Shown in pieces: positions 9,895-18,984 of a stretch of 40,911 nucleotides of DNA (positions within the stretch are counted from its first letter, which is position 1; every line of letters begins with the position of its first letter). The DNA lies in the NCBI GenBank assembly GCA_029210695.1, contig JARGFH010000035.1:1-40911 (forward strand), written 5' to 3'. The position numbers were made by a program, and so were the translations under genes. This stretch comes from Acidimicrobiia bacterium. GTDB taxonomy: Bacteria; Actinomycetota; Acidimicrobiia; Spongiisociales; JAHEDJ01. The notes under the pieces were generated by a model that saw only the letters and a program-made list of their open reading frames with translations, was not told the origin of the DNA and made no database searches.

Positions 9895-12797
9895 CCATCT
9901 CCGTCACCCTCAACGGGGAGGATCGATCCTTCGAGTGTCGGCCGCACGAGTCGTTGCGGGCGGTGCTCCGGCGCGAGGGCCTCTTCAGCGTTCGGTTTGG
10001 GGCGGAGACCGGAGAGACCGGAGCCGATGCCGTCCTGGTCGACGGTCGTCTGGTTTCTTCAGAAATCCTGCTGGCCGCGCAAGCCGACGGCCACACGATC
10101 GAAACGCTCGAAGGCCTCAATCGGCCGCGGGGACTGCACCCTATTCAGGAGGCGTTCGTAGTGGCAGGTGCCATTCAGTCCGGCTATTCGACTCCGGCGA
10201 TGATCCTGGCCGCCAAGGCGCTGCTCGATCGCAATCCCGACCCGACTGAGGTCGAAGTGCGAGACGCGCTCTCCGGCATTCTCGACCGCGAAACGGGCTA
10301 TCTCCGTCCCGTCCATGCTGTGCTCCGGGCCGCCGCCATGCTGAGGGGAGAGACGCCCGAAGCAATCGAGCCGAAACTGATCGACCCCCTCGTTGAGGAG
10401 GGAGGGAGCCCCGACTTCGACAGAGTCGCCCCTCCGCTCGATCTTCCAGTCCTGGCACCCAAGATCATCCCGAGCCCGGAGGTTCCAGAAACACAAGTGG
10501 TCGGCAAGTCCGAACGCAAGGTCGACGCCGTCATGCTCGCCAAAGGGCACCCGGCGTTCGTCGATGACATCGAGCTCCGGGGCATGCTCTACGCCAAGAT
10601 GCTCTACAGCCCGCATGCTCACGCCCGGATTGTGGGCATCGACGACTCCAAGGCCCGCGCTCTGCCCGGCGTGCGGGCGGTGCTTCACCATGAGAACGTC
10701 GCCCGGGTCCGCTACGCGTCCGGCGGCCAGAGCTATCCGAATCCGCTGCCCTACGATCAGGTCAGCTTCGACAACAAGGTTCGGCACGTCGGCGACCGGG
10801 TTGCTGCGGTAGCCGCCGATTCGATCGAGATCGCAGAGGCAGCCGTCCGCTTGATCCAGGTCGAGTACGAGGTGCTGCCTGCGGTTTTCGACGAGAACGA
10901 GGCTATCTCCGGGAATGCTCCGATCATCCATGACGAGCCGGACATGGAAGGTGCGCACGACGCCGCACGCAACATCGTGCATCACATCGAAGCCGAAGTA
11001 GGTGATGTCGCGGCGGGCCTGGCCGGTGCCGACCGTGTCTTTGAGCGGACCTTCCGGGTGCATCAGGTGCAGCAAGCACCGATCGAGCCACACATCGCAA
11101 TCTCCTGGTTGGATAGCGACGAGCGTCTCGTGATCAGGACCTCCACCCAGGTGCCGTTCCACGTCCGTCGGATGGTGGCGCCGCTGCTGGGACTGCCCGT
11201 ACGACAGATTCGCGTCATCAAACCCCGGATCGGCGGGGGATTCGGTGTGAAGCAGGAGATGCTGATCGAAGATATCGTGGGCCATCTGACCCTGGCGACC
11301 GGGCGGCCGGTGCGTCTCGAACTGAACCGCCAAGAGGAGTTCGTCTCGAGCAGAACCAGGCATCCGCAGACGATCACCTTCACGACGGGCGTCACGAACG
11401 ACGGAACTCTGGTTGCCCAGCGAATGAGGGTGGTCGGCAATACCGGCCCCTATGGAACCCATGCGCTCACCGTGCAGATGGTGAGCGGCCTGCGCGGCCT
11501 CAGTTCGTACAACTGTCCCAACAAGAAGTTCGACTGCGACGTCGCCTACACGAACGTCCCCGTCGCCGGTGCCTACCGGGGGTACGGCGCCCCGCAAGCC
11601 CTCTTCGCGCTCGAGTCGCACATGGAAGACATCGCCTCAGAACTGGGCATCGATGTTCTCGCCTTCCGTCGCCGGAACTGGACGAAGGTCGGCGACCCGC
11701 TCGACGTGGCAGCCGAACTCGGTGAAGGGGCGGCCGAGATGAAGTTCATCCCGGTGATCACGTCGAGCGGTATGGACGAGTGCGTTGTGCAGGGCCAGCG
11801 GGCCGTTGAATGGCACCGCCGCTACGACCCGGAATGGATTCGTCCGGCCGATCGGCCGCACATTCGGCGAGGCCTCGGGTTTGCGATGTGCATGCACGGC
11901 AGCGCGATCAGTGGCCTCGACATGGGAGGCGCCAGCCTCAAGATCAACGACGATGGCTCGTTCAATCTCCTGTTCGGAGCAACCGACCTCGGTACCGGCG
12001 CAGACACGATCCTGGCGCAAATCGCCGCTGAAGTGTTGGGAGTAACAACCGAGGAAATCATCGTCTACGCGGCCGACACGGACATGACCCCCTTCGACGT
12101 GGGAGCGTACGCCTCGAGTACCACCTACGTATCGGGGATGGCGGTGAAGAAGGCTGCCGACGACGTGCGGCGGCAAATCACCGAACGGGCGGCAGTGATG
12201 CTCGACCTCGACTCACCGGGCGAGGTCGAGTTGCGCGATCGAGCTGCGTTTGCGACCGATGGGCGATCGGTGACCCTGGCCGAAGTGGCACTGCACTCCC
12301 TCCACCAGGACAATCAGCACCAGATCATGGCCACGGCCTCGTACGTCGCCCCCGAGTCGCCGCCGCCGTACGCCGCCCAGTTCGCCGAAGTCGAAGTCGA
12401 TATCGAGACGGGGCAGGTCACCGTCAACGCCCTCGTGATGGCCGTCGATTGCGGGGTCCCCATCAACCCGATGACCTCTGCCGGGCAGGTGGAAGGCGGG
12501 ATGATCCAGGCGCTCGGCTACGGCCATTGCGAAGAGATGGCGTTCGACGAGAACGGGCGGATGGTCAACGCTCGATTCGGTCCGTACAAGCTTTATCGCA
12601 GCGACGAGACGCCCAGAATCGAGGCCTACCTGGTTCAGACCATGGAGAAGTCCGGACCGTTCGGAGCCAAGGCCATCGCCGAGATTCCGAAAGATGGGGT
12701 AGCTCCGGCCATCCGCAATGCCATCTTCAACGCCACCGGCCGTCAGATCGACAACCTCCCGTTCACGCCCGAACGGGTGTGGCGAGCATTGCAGTAA
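9891..12797 (+). CDS. xdhD: XdhD/YgfN-like molybdopterin oxidoreductase with a degenerate N-terminal 2Fe-2S region
   Basis: SPHAHARI, STQVPF, RIGGGFGVKQE, AYRGYGAPQ, GQVEGG, GPFGAKAIAE. The Fe-S Cys ligands are substituted. Confidence 0.85.
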   Translation: MTISVTLNGEDRSFECRPHESLRAVLRREGLFSVRFGAETGETGADAVLVDGRLVSSEILLAAQADGHTIETLEGLNRPRGLHPIQEAFVVAGAIQSGYSTPAMILAAKALLDRNPDPTEVEVRDALSGILDRETGYLRPVHAVLRAAAMLRGETPEAIEPKLIDPLVEEGGSPDFDRVAPPLDLPVLAPKIIPSPEVPETQVVGKSERKVDAVMLAKGHPAFVDDIELRGMLYAKMLYSPHAHARIVGIDDSKARALPGVRAVLHHENVARVRYASGGQSYPNPLPYDQVSFDNKVRHVGDRVAAVAADSIEIAEAAVRLIQVEYEVLPAVFDENEAISGNAPIIHDEPDMEGAHDAARNIVHHIEAEVGDVAAGLAGADRVFERTFRVHQVQQAPIEPHIAISWLDSDERLVIRTSTQVPFHVRRMVAPLLGLPVRQIRVIKPRIGGGFGVKQEMLIEDIVGHLTLATGRPVRLELNRQEEFVSSRTRHPQTITFTTGVTNDGTLVAQRMRVVGNTGPYGTHALTVQMVSGLRGLSSYNCPNKKFDCDVAYTNVPVAGAYRGYGAPQALFALESHMEDIASELGIDVLAFRRRNWTKVGDPLDVAAELGEGAAEMKFIPVITSSGMDECVVQGQRAVEWHRRYDPEWIRPADRPHIRRGLGFAMCMHGSAISGLDMGGASLKINDDGSFNLLFGATDLGTGADTILAQIAAEVLGVTTEEIIVYAADTDMTPFDVGAYASSTTYVSGMAVKKAADDVRRQITERAAVMLDLDSPGEVELRDRAAFATDGRSVTLAEVALHSLHQDNQHQIMATASYVAPESPPPYAAQFAEVEVDIETGQVTVNALVMAVDCGVPINPMTSAGQVEGGMIQALGYGHCEEMAFDENGRMVNARFGPYKLYRSDETPRIEAYLVQTMEKSGPFGAKAIAEIPKDGVAPAIRNAIFNATGRQIDNLPFTPERVWRALQ

Positions 12798-12801
12798 GAC
12801 T

Positions 12802-13593
12802 GTGACCCACGACCGGCAAGTGCTGAGTGAATTGTCTGCCGCCGTCGCCGGCGGGCTGCCGGTTACGCAGGCGACGATCGTCGCCACGAACCGTTCTGTC
12901 CCCCGGCACGCTGGGACCAAGATGCTCGTTTTTGGCGACGGCGCCACCATCGGGACGGTTGGAGGCGGCGCCATGGAGGCCGCCGTCATTCATGAAGCCC
13001 GTCGGGCACTCCGCACCGGAACTCCGCACCTGCTGGAATACGATCTTGTGAACCCGGCCGAGGGAGATCCGGGCATCTGCGGCGGCACCGTCACGATCTA
13101 CCTGGAGCCATTCATGCCACCTCATACCGTCTACGTCATCGGCTGCGGGCACGTCGGCAGTAGTGTCGTCGACCTTGCCCACTGGATCGGTTACCGCACG
13201 ATTGCGATAGACGATCGCCAGGAATTCCTCACCGAAGAAGCTCTGCCCAATGCCGATGTGCGATTTCACGGACGGGTGGAAGCGGCCCTGGCCGCCCATC
13301 CCGTCTCCGAGGATTCGTCGATCGTGGTGGTGACGCGCAGCACCGATCTCGACGCGGCCGTCCTGCCGCAAGTGCTCGAAACGCCGGCCGGATACATCGG
13401 CGTCATGGGCAGTAGGACCAGATGGCGTGCAACGCGGGACCGCCTGATATCCGGCGGCGTTGCCCCTGAGGAACTGGAGCGGGTGCATTCCCCGATCGGG
13501 CTCGACGTCAACGCCGAAACGCTCGAAGAGATTGCGGTGTCGATCATGTCCGAGGTGATAATGATCAACCGGTCGCCGTCGGTCGACTCATAG
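12802..13593 (+). CDS. XdhC/CoxI-family Moco maturation factor
   Basis: SVPRHAGTKM, GTVGGGAME, ICGG, GCGHVG, YIGVMGS, SPIGLD, EEIAVSI. GTG start at 12802. Confidence 0.85.
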   Translation: MTHDRQVLSELSAAVAGGLPVTQATIVATNRSVPRHAGTKMLVFGDGATIGTVGGGAMEAAVIHEARRALRTGTPHLLEYDLVNPAEGDPGICGGTVTIYLEPFMPPHTVYVIGCGHVGSSVVDLAHWIGYRTIAIDDRQEFLTEEALPNADVRFHGRVEAALAAHPVSEDSSIVVVTRSTDLDAAVLPQVLETPAGYIGVMGSRTRWRATRDRLISGGVAPEELERVHSPIGLDVNAETLEEIAVSIMSEVIMINRSPSVDS

Positions 13594-14381
13594 TGCGGTT
13601 CTCCGACCAACTCGTAGTGGTTCGCGGTGGCGGCGATCTTGCCACGGGGGTCATCTATCGGCTGCACCGGGCCGGTTTCCCGATCATCGTGCTCGAACTG
13701 GCGCTGCCCCTGACGATCAGACGCACGGTGGCTGTGTCATCCGCCGTGGCGGCCGGGACCTTCAGGGTGGAAGGCCTCCATGCAGTCCGGGCCGAATCGG
13801 TAGAAGAGGCCGTCGATGCGGCGCGTACCTGGAAGATTCCCGTGCTGGTCAGCCCGACCATGCCTGCCCTCCCGGCCGCAGTCGTCGTGGATGCCCGGAT
13901 GGCGAAACGCAACATCGATACCACGATCAACGACGCGCCCTTCGTGGTTGGGCTTGGCCCCGGTTTCACCGCCGGAACGGACTGCCATGTTGTGATCGAG
14001 ACGATGCGCGGCCACCGCCTCGGCCGAGTCATTCGGGTTGGCGGTGCTGCACCAGACACGGGTGTTCCTGGTCTCATCGGCGGAGAGGCGACCTCCCGGG
14101 TGATCCGAGCCGCACGGGCCGGTTCGCTGACCTGGTTGTCCTCGATCGGTGATTCGGTAGCAGCCGGTCAGAACCTTGGTGCCATCGATGGAACGCCGAT
14201 CGAGGCACCGATCGGTGGTGTCGTTCGAGGATTGCTCGCTGAGGGCATCGTTGCCCCGGGTCTCAAGATCGCCGATATCGATCCGCGGGCGGATGCCGAT
14301 GCGTGTTTTGAAATCTCGGACAAGTCCCTGGCCGTCGGTGGCGGCGCACTCGAGGCGGTCCTGGCCTGGCTGAACACGTGA
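13593..14381 (+). CDS. yqeB: Selenium-dependent molybdenum hydroxylase accessory protein YqeB (EF2563-like)
   Basis: VVRGGGDLATG, IRRTVA, VVDARMAKRN, GLGPGF, ETMRGHRLGR, KIADIDPR, ISDKSLAVGGG. Confidence 0.9.
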   Translation: MRFSDQLVVVRGGGDLATGVIYRLHRAGFPIIVLELALPLTIRRTVAVSSAVAAGTFRVEGLHAVRAESVEEAVDAARTWKIPVLVSPTMPALPAAVVVDARMAKRNIDTTINDAPFVVGLGPGFTAGTDCHVVIETMRGHRLGRVIRVGGAAPDTGVPGLIGGEATSRVIRAARAGSLTWLSSIGDSVAAGQNLGAIDGTPIEAPIGGVVRGLLAEGIVAPGLKIADIDPRADADACFEISDKSLAVGGGALEAVLAWLNT

Positions 14382-15085
14382 CCCTGGCAGACCGGATGGG
14401 CCTCGGCAGCCGGGAACTCGTCTCGCTGGTTGGAGGTGGAGGCAAATCGACCCTTCTGTTCCTGTTGGGAGGCGAACTGGCAGCCGGCGGCCGGCGCGTT
14501 GTACTGACGACGACGACCAAGATGGGTCGCCGGCAGATCCACGAGGTGCCGAACATCTGCGAATCCGTTGAGTCTGCGGCACAAGGGTCGGGGGAGTCGG
14601 GGCCCATCATGTTGGTGACGGGAGGCGACGCGCACAAGGTCACCGGCCCGTCACCCGAGGAACTCGACTCTTTGTTCGGTGGGGGGTCGGTCGATTATCT
14701 GATTGTTGAGGCAGACGGGGCCCACGGTCGATCGCTCAAGGCTCCAGCTCTACACGAACCGGTGATTCCTTCTGCGTCGACGACGGTTGTCATTGCAATG
14801 GGCATAGACGCGATCGGGCGGCGGCTCGATGAGGCGACCCACCGGGTCGAGAAGGCCATGGAGTTCAGCGGCCTCAGCAAGGCGCACATCCTGGCGCCGG
14901 CAGATTGTGTGGAGATCCTGGTCCACCCGGGCGGGGCACTCAGGGCGGTCCCTCAGGATGCCAGGGTGCTCGTTGCGTTGACCAAGGTGCGACCGGGGGC
15001 CGACGATGCGGCCGTCGACGAGATTGCCGGCCTACTGCGGGATCACGGCCGGTTCGATGGCGTGGTGACCACCGAGGTGCGGTAG
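14378..15085 (+). CDS. yqeC: Selenium cofactor accessory protein YqeC
   Basis: VGGGGKST, LTTTTKM, VEADGAHGRSLKAPALHEPVIP. Confidence 0.9.
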   Translation: MTLADRMGLGSRELVSLVGGGGKSTLLFLLGGELAAGGRRVVLTTTTKMGRRQIHEVPNICESVESAAQGSGESGPIMLVTGGDAHKVTGPSPEELDSLFGGGSVDYLIVEADGAHGRSLKAPALHEPVIPSASTTVVIAMGIDAIGRRLDEATHRVEKAMEFSGLSKAHILAPADCVEILVHPGGALRAVPQDARVLVALTKVRPGADDAAVDEIAGLLRDHGRFDGVVTTEVR

Positions 15086-16134
15086 AACCGTTCCCTCGCC
15101 CAGAGCGAAACGTACACCAGCCCGACCAGGACCGGCACTTCGATCAAGGGGCCAACCACGCCGGCCAGCGCCTGTCCGGAAGTCACACCGAACACACCGA
15201 TGGCTACCGCGATCGCCAGTTCGAAGTTGTTCCCCGCCGCGGTGAAAGCAACCGTGGCGTTCTTCTCGTAGGGCAAGCCAAGGCGGATCCCGAGCGCGAA
15301 CGACACACCCCACATCAGGCCGAAGTAGGCGAGCAGCGGGAGCGCGATTCGTGCCACGTCGAATGGCTGCGAGGTGATCGTCTCTCCCTGGAGGGCGAAG
15401 AGGATCACCACGGTGAAGAGCAGCCCGTAGAGCGCAAACGGTGCGATCCGGGGAAGGAAACGTGTTTCGTACCACTCAACTCCGCGGGATCGTTCGCCCC
15501 ATCGGCGGGTGAGGTAGCCCCCGGCCAGCGGGATGCCGAGGAAGATGAGGACGATCTTGGCGATCTCCCACATCGACACATCCAGCGAGGCGGTATCCAA
15601 TCCCAACCATCCCGGCAGTAGCTCGAGGTAGAAGTAGCCGAGCACCGCATAGGCGAAGATCTGGAAGATCGAGTTGAGAGCAACGAGAACCGCGGCCGCT
15701 TCTCGATCGCCGCAGGCGAGGTCGTTCCAGATCAGCACCATCGCGATGCACCTGGCCAGTCCGACGATGATCAGTCCGGTGCGGTACTCCGGAAGATCCG
15801 GAAGGAGGAGCCAGGCGAGTGTGAACATGAGCGCAGGCCCAATCAGCCAGTTGAGCACGAGCGAGGTGATCATCAGCCGGCGATCCGCGGCGACGGCCCC
15901 CACTCGCGAGTAGCGAACCTTCGCCAGCACGGGGTACATCATGGCCAGCAATCCGATGGCGATTGGAAGGGATACTGTTCCAACTTTGACGGTGTCGAGC
16001 CAGTCGTTGAGGTTCGGGAACAATCGACCCATCCCGAGCCCGAGTGCCATGGCGGCGATGATCCACACGGGGAGATAGCGGTCGACCAGCGAAAGTCTGG
16101 CGATGGCCGGGTCGTTCGGGGTGGATTGCGTCAT
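15043..16134 (-). CDS. acr3: Acr3-family arsenite/antimonite efflux transporter
   Basis: About 10 TM segments. DRYLPVWI, MMYPVLAKV, GLARCIAMV, AAGNNFELAIA, GPLIEVP. Overlaps the 3' end of yqeC by 43 bp. Confidence 0.93.
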   Translation of the reverse strand: MTQSTPNDPAIARLSLVDRYLPVWIIAAMALGLGMGRLFPNLNDWLDTVKVGTVSLPIAIGLLAMMYPVLAKVRYSRVGAVAADRRLMITSLVLNWLIGPALMFTLAWLLLPDLPEYRTGLIIVGLARCIAMVLIWNDLACGDREAAAVLVALNSIFQIFAYAVLGYFYLELLPGWLGLDTASLDVSMWEIAKIVLIFLGIPLAGGYLTRRWGERSRGVEWYETRFLPRIAPFALYGLLFTVVILFALQGETITSQPFDVARIALPLLAYFGLMWGVSFALGIRLGLPYEKNATVAFTAAGNNFELAIAVAIGVFGVTSGQALAGVVGPLIEVPVLVGLVYVSLWARERFYRTSVVTTPSNRP

Positions 16135-16168
16135 GCCCCCCAGAAACTACACGCTGTAGCCCCAAACA

Positions 16169-16222
16169 CCGTTTTCGCGCGGGAATCGAACCGTATACGG
16201 TGGAAACCCCGCGCGAAAACGG
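16169..16222. repeat. Palindromic intergenic element, copy 2
   Basis: Perfect 15-bp arms CCGTTTTCGCGCGGG / CCCGCGCGAAAACGG, directly after the xdh stop codon. Confidence 0.85.
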
Positions 16223-16223
16223 G

Positions 16224-18800
16224 CTAATTCTGGATGGGTTGGTGGATGCCCATTGGGAGCCTGTTGCGCCAGACGCCGTCCACTTCGTGAAAGGCGGCCG
16301 CCACAGCTCCGGCCGTCGGGACGAGGCCGATCTCGCCGACGCCCTTGATCCCGTAGGGGGCGCGTGGCTGGGGCACCTCAACGAGGACCGCTTCGATCTC
16401 GGGGATATCTTTGGCCCGGAGGATGCCGAGGCTACGCAGCGTCATGTTCGTGGGCATACCCGTATCGTCGGTTGGGAATTCCTCTGAGAGTGCGTAGCCC
16501 AGGCCCATGTGGACTGCTCCTTCGATCTGGCCTTCAACGAGCATCGGATTGATGGCCTTGCCGACATCGTGCACGGCGACCACCTTCTCGATCTTGCCGG
16601 TATCCGGGTCGGCGATGACCAGCTGGGCGGCGTACCCGAACGCCGAGTGGATGATCGGGTTGTCCACTCCGTCTTGCAGGGCGTTGGTCCAGTCCACCCG
16701 GTACTCGCCGACATAGTCGACGCCAATTGCCTGCCCGGCCTCGTTGGCGACCCGGCAGGCGTCGGCAACCCCGCCGGCTCCCATCAGCGTGCCGCGCGAC
16801 CCGGTGGTCTGACCGGCTCCCAGCTCGCGGGTCGTGTCGACGACCACCCGGATCCGGGACGGGTCGATGCCGAGTTCGGCCGCCGCCACCTGAAGCGCCA
16901 CCGTGTGGATTCCCTGGCCCATTTCCGTCCAGCAGTGTCGGACTTCCACCGCGCCGTCTTCTTCGAATCGGACGATCGCCCGCGAGACCTCCAGCGAGCC
17001 GTTACCCAGGCCGGAGTTCTTCAGGCCGAGCCCCAAACCGACCGCTTTGCCTGCGGCACGAGCGGTGTCGTAGGCCGGTTTCACAACATCGAGGCACCGG
17101 CGTGCGCCTTCACATCCCGCATCCATGATCTGACCGGGCCCCCAGACGACGCCCGGGGTAACCACGTTGCGGGAGCGCATTTCCCATCCGCTGATACCGA
17201 CTTGTTCAGCCAGGCGGTCGATGAGGCCTTCGGTGGCGAACTGGGCTTGATTGGCTCCGAACCCACGGAAGGCGCCGCACACAGGGTTGTTGGTTCTCAC
17301 CGCCACGGCCTCGACGTCGATGGCCGGGATCACGTAGGGGCCGGAGGCGTGTCCGGCGGCTCGTTCGAGGACCTTCATGCCCACAGAAGCGTACGGGCCG
17401 GAGTCGCCGACCATCCTGGCGCGCATTGCCGTCAGCCGGCCATCTGCATCGCAACCCGCCCACGCCTCAATACGGATCGGATGGCGCTTGGCGTGCATCA
17501 GCAGCGATTGCTCGCGCGTCAGAGTGCACTTCACCGGGCGTTGCAGGAGATGGGCGGCCAGCGCGGTTTGGGCCTGATTGGCCATATCTTCTTTGCCGCC
17601 GAAGGCACCTCCATTGGAAACCAGTTCGACCACGACTTCGTCGATCTCGATGCCGAGCACCGAGGCGATCTGGTTGCGATCGTCCCAGACTCCCTGACCG
17701 CCGGAGTACACCATGAGCGGACCGTCTCCGGGTACCGCCAGGGTGGACTCCGGTTCGAGAAAGGCATGCTCGACCCGCTGCGTTAAGAAGGTCTCGTGGA
17801 CAGCAAAGGCCGAGCCGCGCAACGCCTCGTCGACGTCTCCTCTGCTGTAGGCGGTGCGAGAGAGGACGTTGCCGTCGAGACCCCACACGGCGTCTTCGTC
17901 GGCGGCCAGAGCTGCGTCGGCACCGGTGAAGGGAGTCAGCACGTCGTAGGTGACCTCAATCAGTCCGGCGGCCTTCCGGGCGATGTCCACCCTGTCGGCA
18001 ACGACGATGGCAAGCACGTCGCCGAGGTATGACGTCCGGCCTCCCTCGGGAATGAAGACGGGCCAATCGGTATCGATGATTCCGACCCTCAGCTCACCCG
18101 GAACGTCGGCAGCCGTGAAGATGCCGACCACACCGTCGACTTCGGCCGCCGCGGTGTCGATCCGCACCACGTCGGCCCTGGCATGGTCGGCCAGCTTGAG
18201 GGCGGCGTGCAACATCCCGTCGATTGCCAGGTCGTCGACGTAGCCCCGGTCGCCGAGCGCCAGCTCTGTCGCTTCATACTTGGCGCCCGACTTCCCGATC
18301 CCGGCAGGGAGCTCCGGAACCGGCACCGTACCGTCCCGGAGCATCTCGATCGCATCGAAGATCTTCGTGTAGCCGGTACAGCGGCACAGGTGCCCGCCGA
18401 GCCGGCCGGCCGTTGTCTCCCTGGTCAGGTCCTTGCCCTTCTGGTCGAGCAGTGCCTTTGTTCGTACCAGGATGCCGGGGGTACAGAAGCCGCATTGCAG
18501 CGCTCCCGTCACGGCGAAGGCGGTGGCCAGGCGGTCCCGTTCTTCAGGTTCGAAGCCTTCGAGGGTCGTCACCTCCTTGCCCGACGCCTTCTCCAAATCC
18601 ACGAGACAGCTCTGGATTGCCTTTCCGTCGAGGAGGACCGTGCAGGCTCCGCATTGACCGGATGGTGAGCACCCGTCCTTCGGTGAGGTGATACCGAGTT
18701 CGTCGCGGAGGGCGGCCAGGAGGTGTGGATGGTCGGCACGCACCAGAACTGCATCGCCGTTTACGGCGAGTTTGGTGGTCTCCGGAGTTGTCGGTGTCAT
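16224..18800 (-). CDS. Selenium-dependent xanthine dehydrogenase-like protein (2x[2Fe-2S] fused to the Mo subunit)
   Basis: ATG at 18800 (858 aa). GCSPSGQCGAC, QCGFCTPG and LCRCTGY are intact. EHAFLEPE, GGAFGGKED, HAKRHP, AFRGFGANQ, GQTTGSR, KGVGEIG. yqeB and yqeC are nearby. Confidence 0.85.
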   Translation of the reverse strand: MTPTTPETTKLAVNGDAVLVRADHPHLLAALRDELGITSPKDGCSPSGQCGACTVLLDGKAIQSCLVDLEKASGKEVTTLEGFEPEERDRLATAFAVTGALQCGFCTPGILVRTKALLDQKGKDLTRETTAGRLGGHLCRCTGYTKIFDAIEMLRDGTVPVPELPAGIGKSGAKYEATELALGDRGYVDDLAIDGMLHAALKLADHARADVVRIDTAAAEVDGVVGIFTAADVPGELRVGIIDTDWPVFIPEGGRTSYLGDVLAIVVADRVDIARKAAGLIEVTYDVLTPFTGADAALAADEDAVWGLDGNVLSRTAYSRGDVDEALRGSAFAVHETFLTQRVEHAFLEPESTLAVPGDGPLMVYSGGQGVWDDRNQIASVLGIEIDEVVVELVSNGGAFGGKEDMANQAQTALAAHLLQRPVKCTLTREQSLLMHAKRHPIRIEAWAGCDADGRLTAMRARMVGDSGPYASVGMKVLERAAGHASGPYVIPAIDVEAVAVRTNNPVCGAFRGFGANQAQFATEGLIDRLAEQVGISGWEMRSRNVVTPGVVWGPGQIMDAGCEGARRCLDVVKPAYDTARAAGKAVGLGLGLKNSGLGNGSLEVSRAIVRFEEDGAVEVRHCWTEMGQGIHTVALQVAAAELGIDPSRIRVVVDTTRELGAGQTTGSRGTLMGAGGVADACRVANEAGQAIGVDYVGEYRVDWTNALQDGVDNPIIHSAFGYAAQLVIADPDTGKIEKVVAVHDVGKAINPMLVEGQIEGAVHMGLGYALSEEFPTDDTGMPTNMTLRSLGILRAKDIPEIEAVLVEVPQPRAPYGIKGVGEIGLVPTAGAVAAAFHEVDGVWRNRLPMGIHQPIQN

Positions 18801-18822
18801 ATCACCCTTCAGCACGGCCGCC

Positions 18823-18851
18823 ATGCTCGGAGTGATACCCGGAGTTGTCAA
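18823..18851 (-). promoter_or_regulatory. Putative sigma70-type promoter for the xdh-like gene
   Basis: TTGACA (18851-18846), 17 nt, GAGCAT (18828-18823). Confidence 0.5.
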
Positions 18852-18905
18852 GAGCGTCACGTCGAGGCAGTGTCGCAGTGCCTCCAGAAATGGTCCGTTT
18901 GGCAA

Positions 18906-18934
18906 TTGACACGAGGCTTCTGTTCGGCGAGCCT
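18906..18934 (+). promoter_or_regulatory. Putative sigma70-type promoter for the ABC importer
   Basis: TTGACA (18906-18911), 17 nt, GAGCCT (18929-18934). Confidence 0.5.
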
Positions 18935-18984
18935 CGTCCGGAGTGTCGGGAAGGGCCGGCGCATCCGAGAGGGAGTCTGATCGG

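Noticed and set aside
4392..18800. Selenocysteine (UGA read-through) in the Se cluster
   Set aside because: All genes are open and complete without in-frame TGA. The yqeB/yqeC system uses a non-Sec Se cofactor.
18852..18984. Purine riboswitch before the ABC importer
   Set aside because: I see no recognisable aptamer consensus, and the predicted leader is short. An Rfam scan would settle it.
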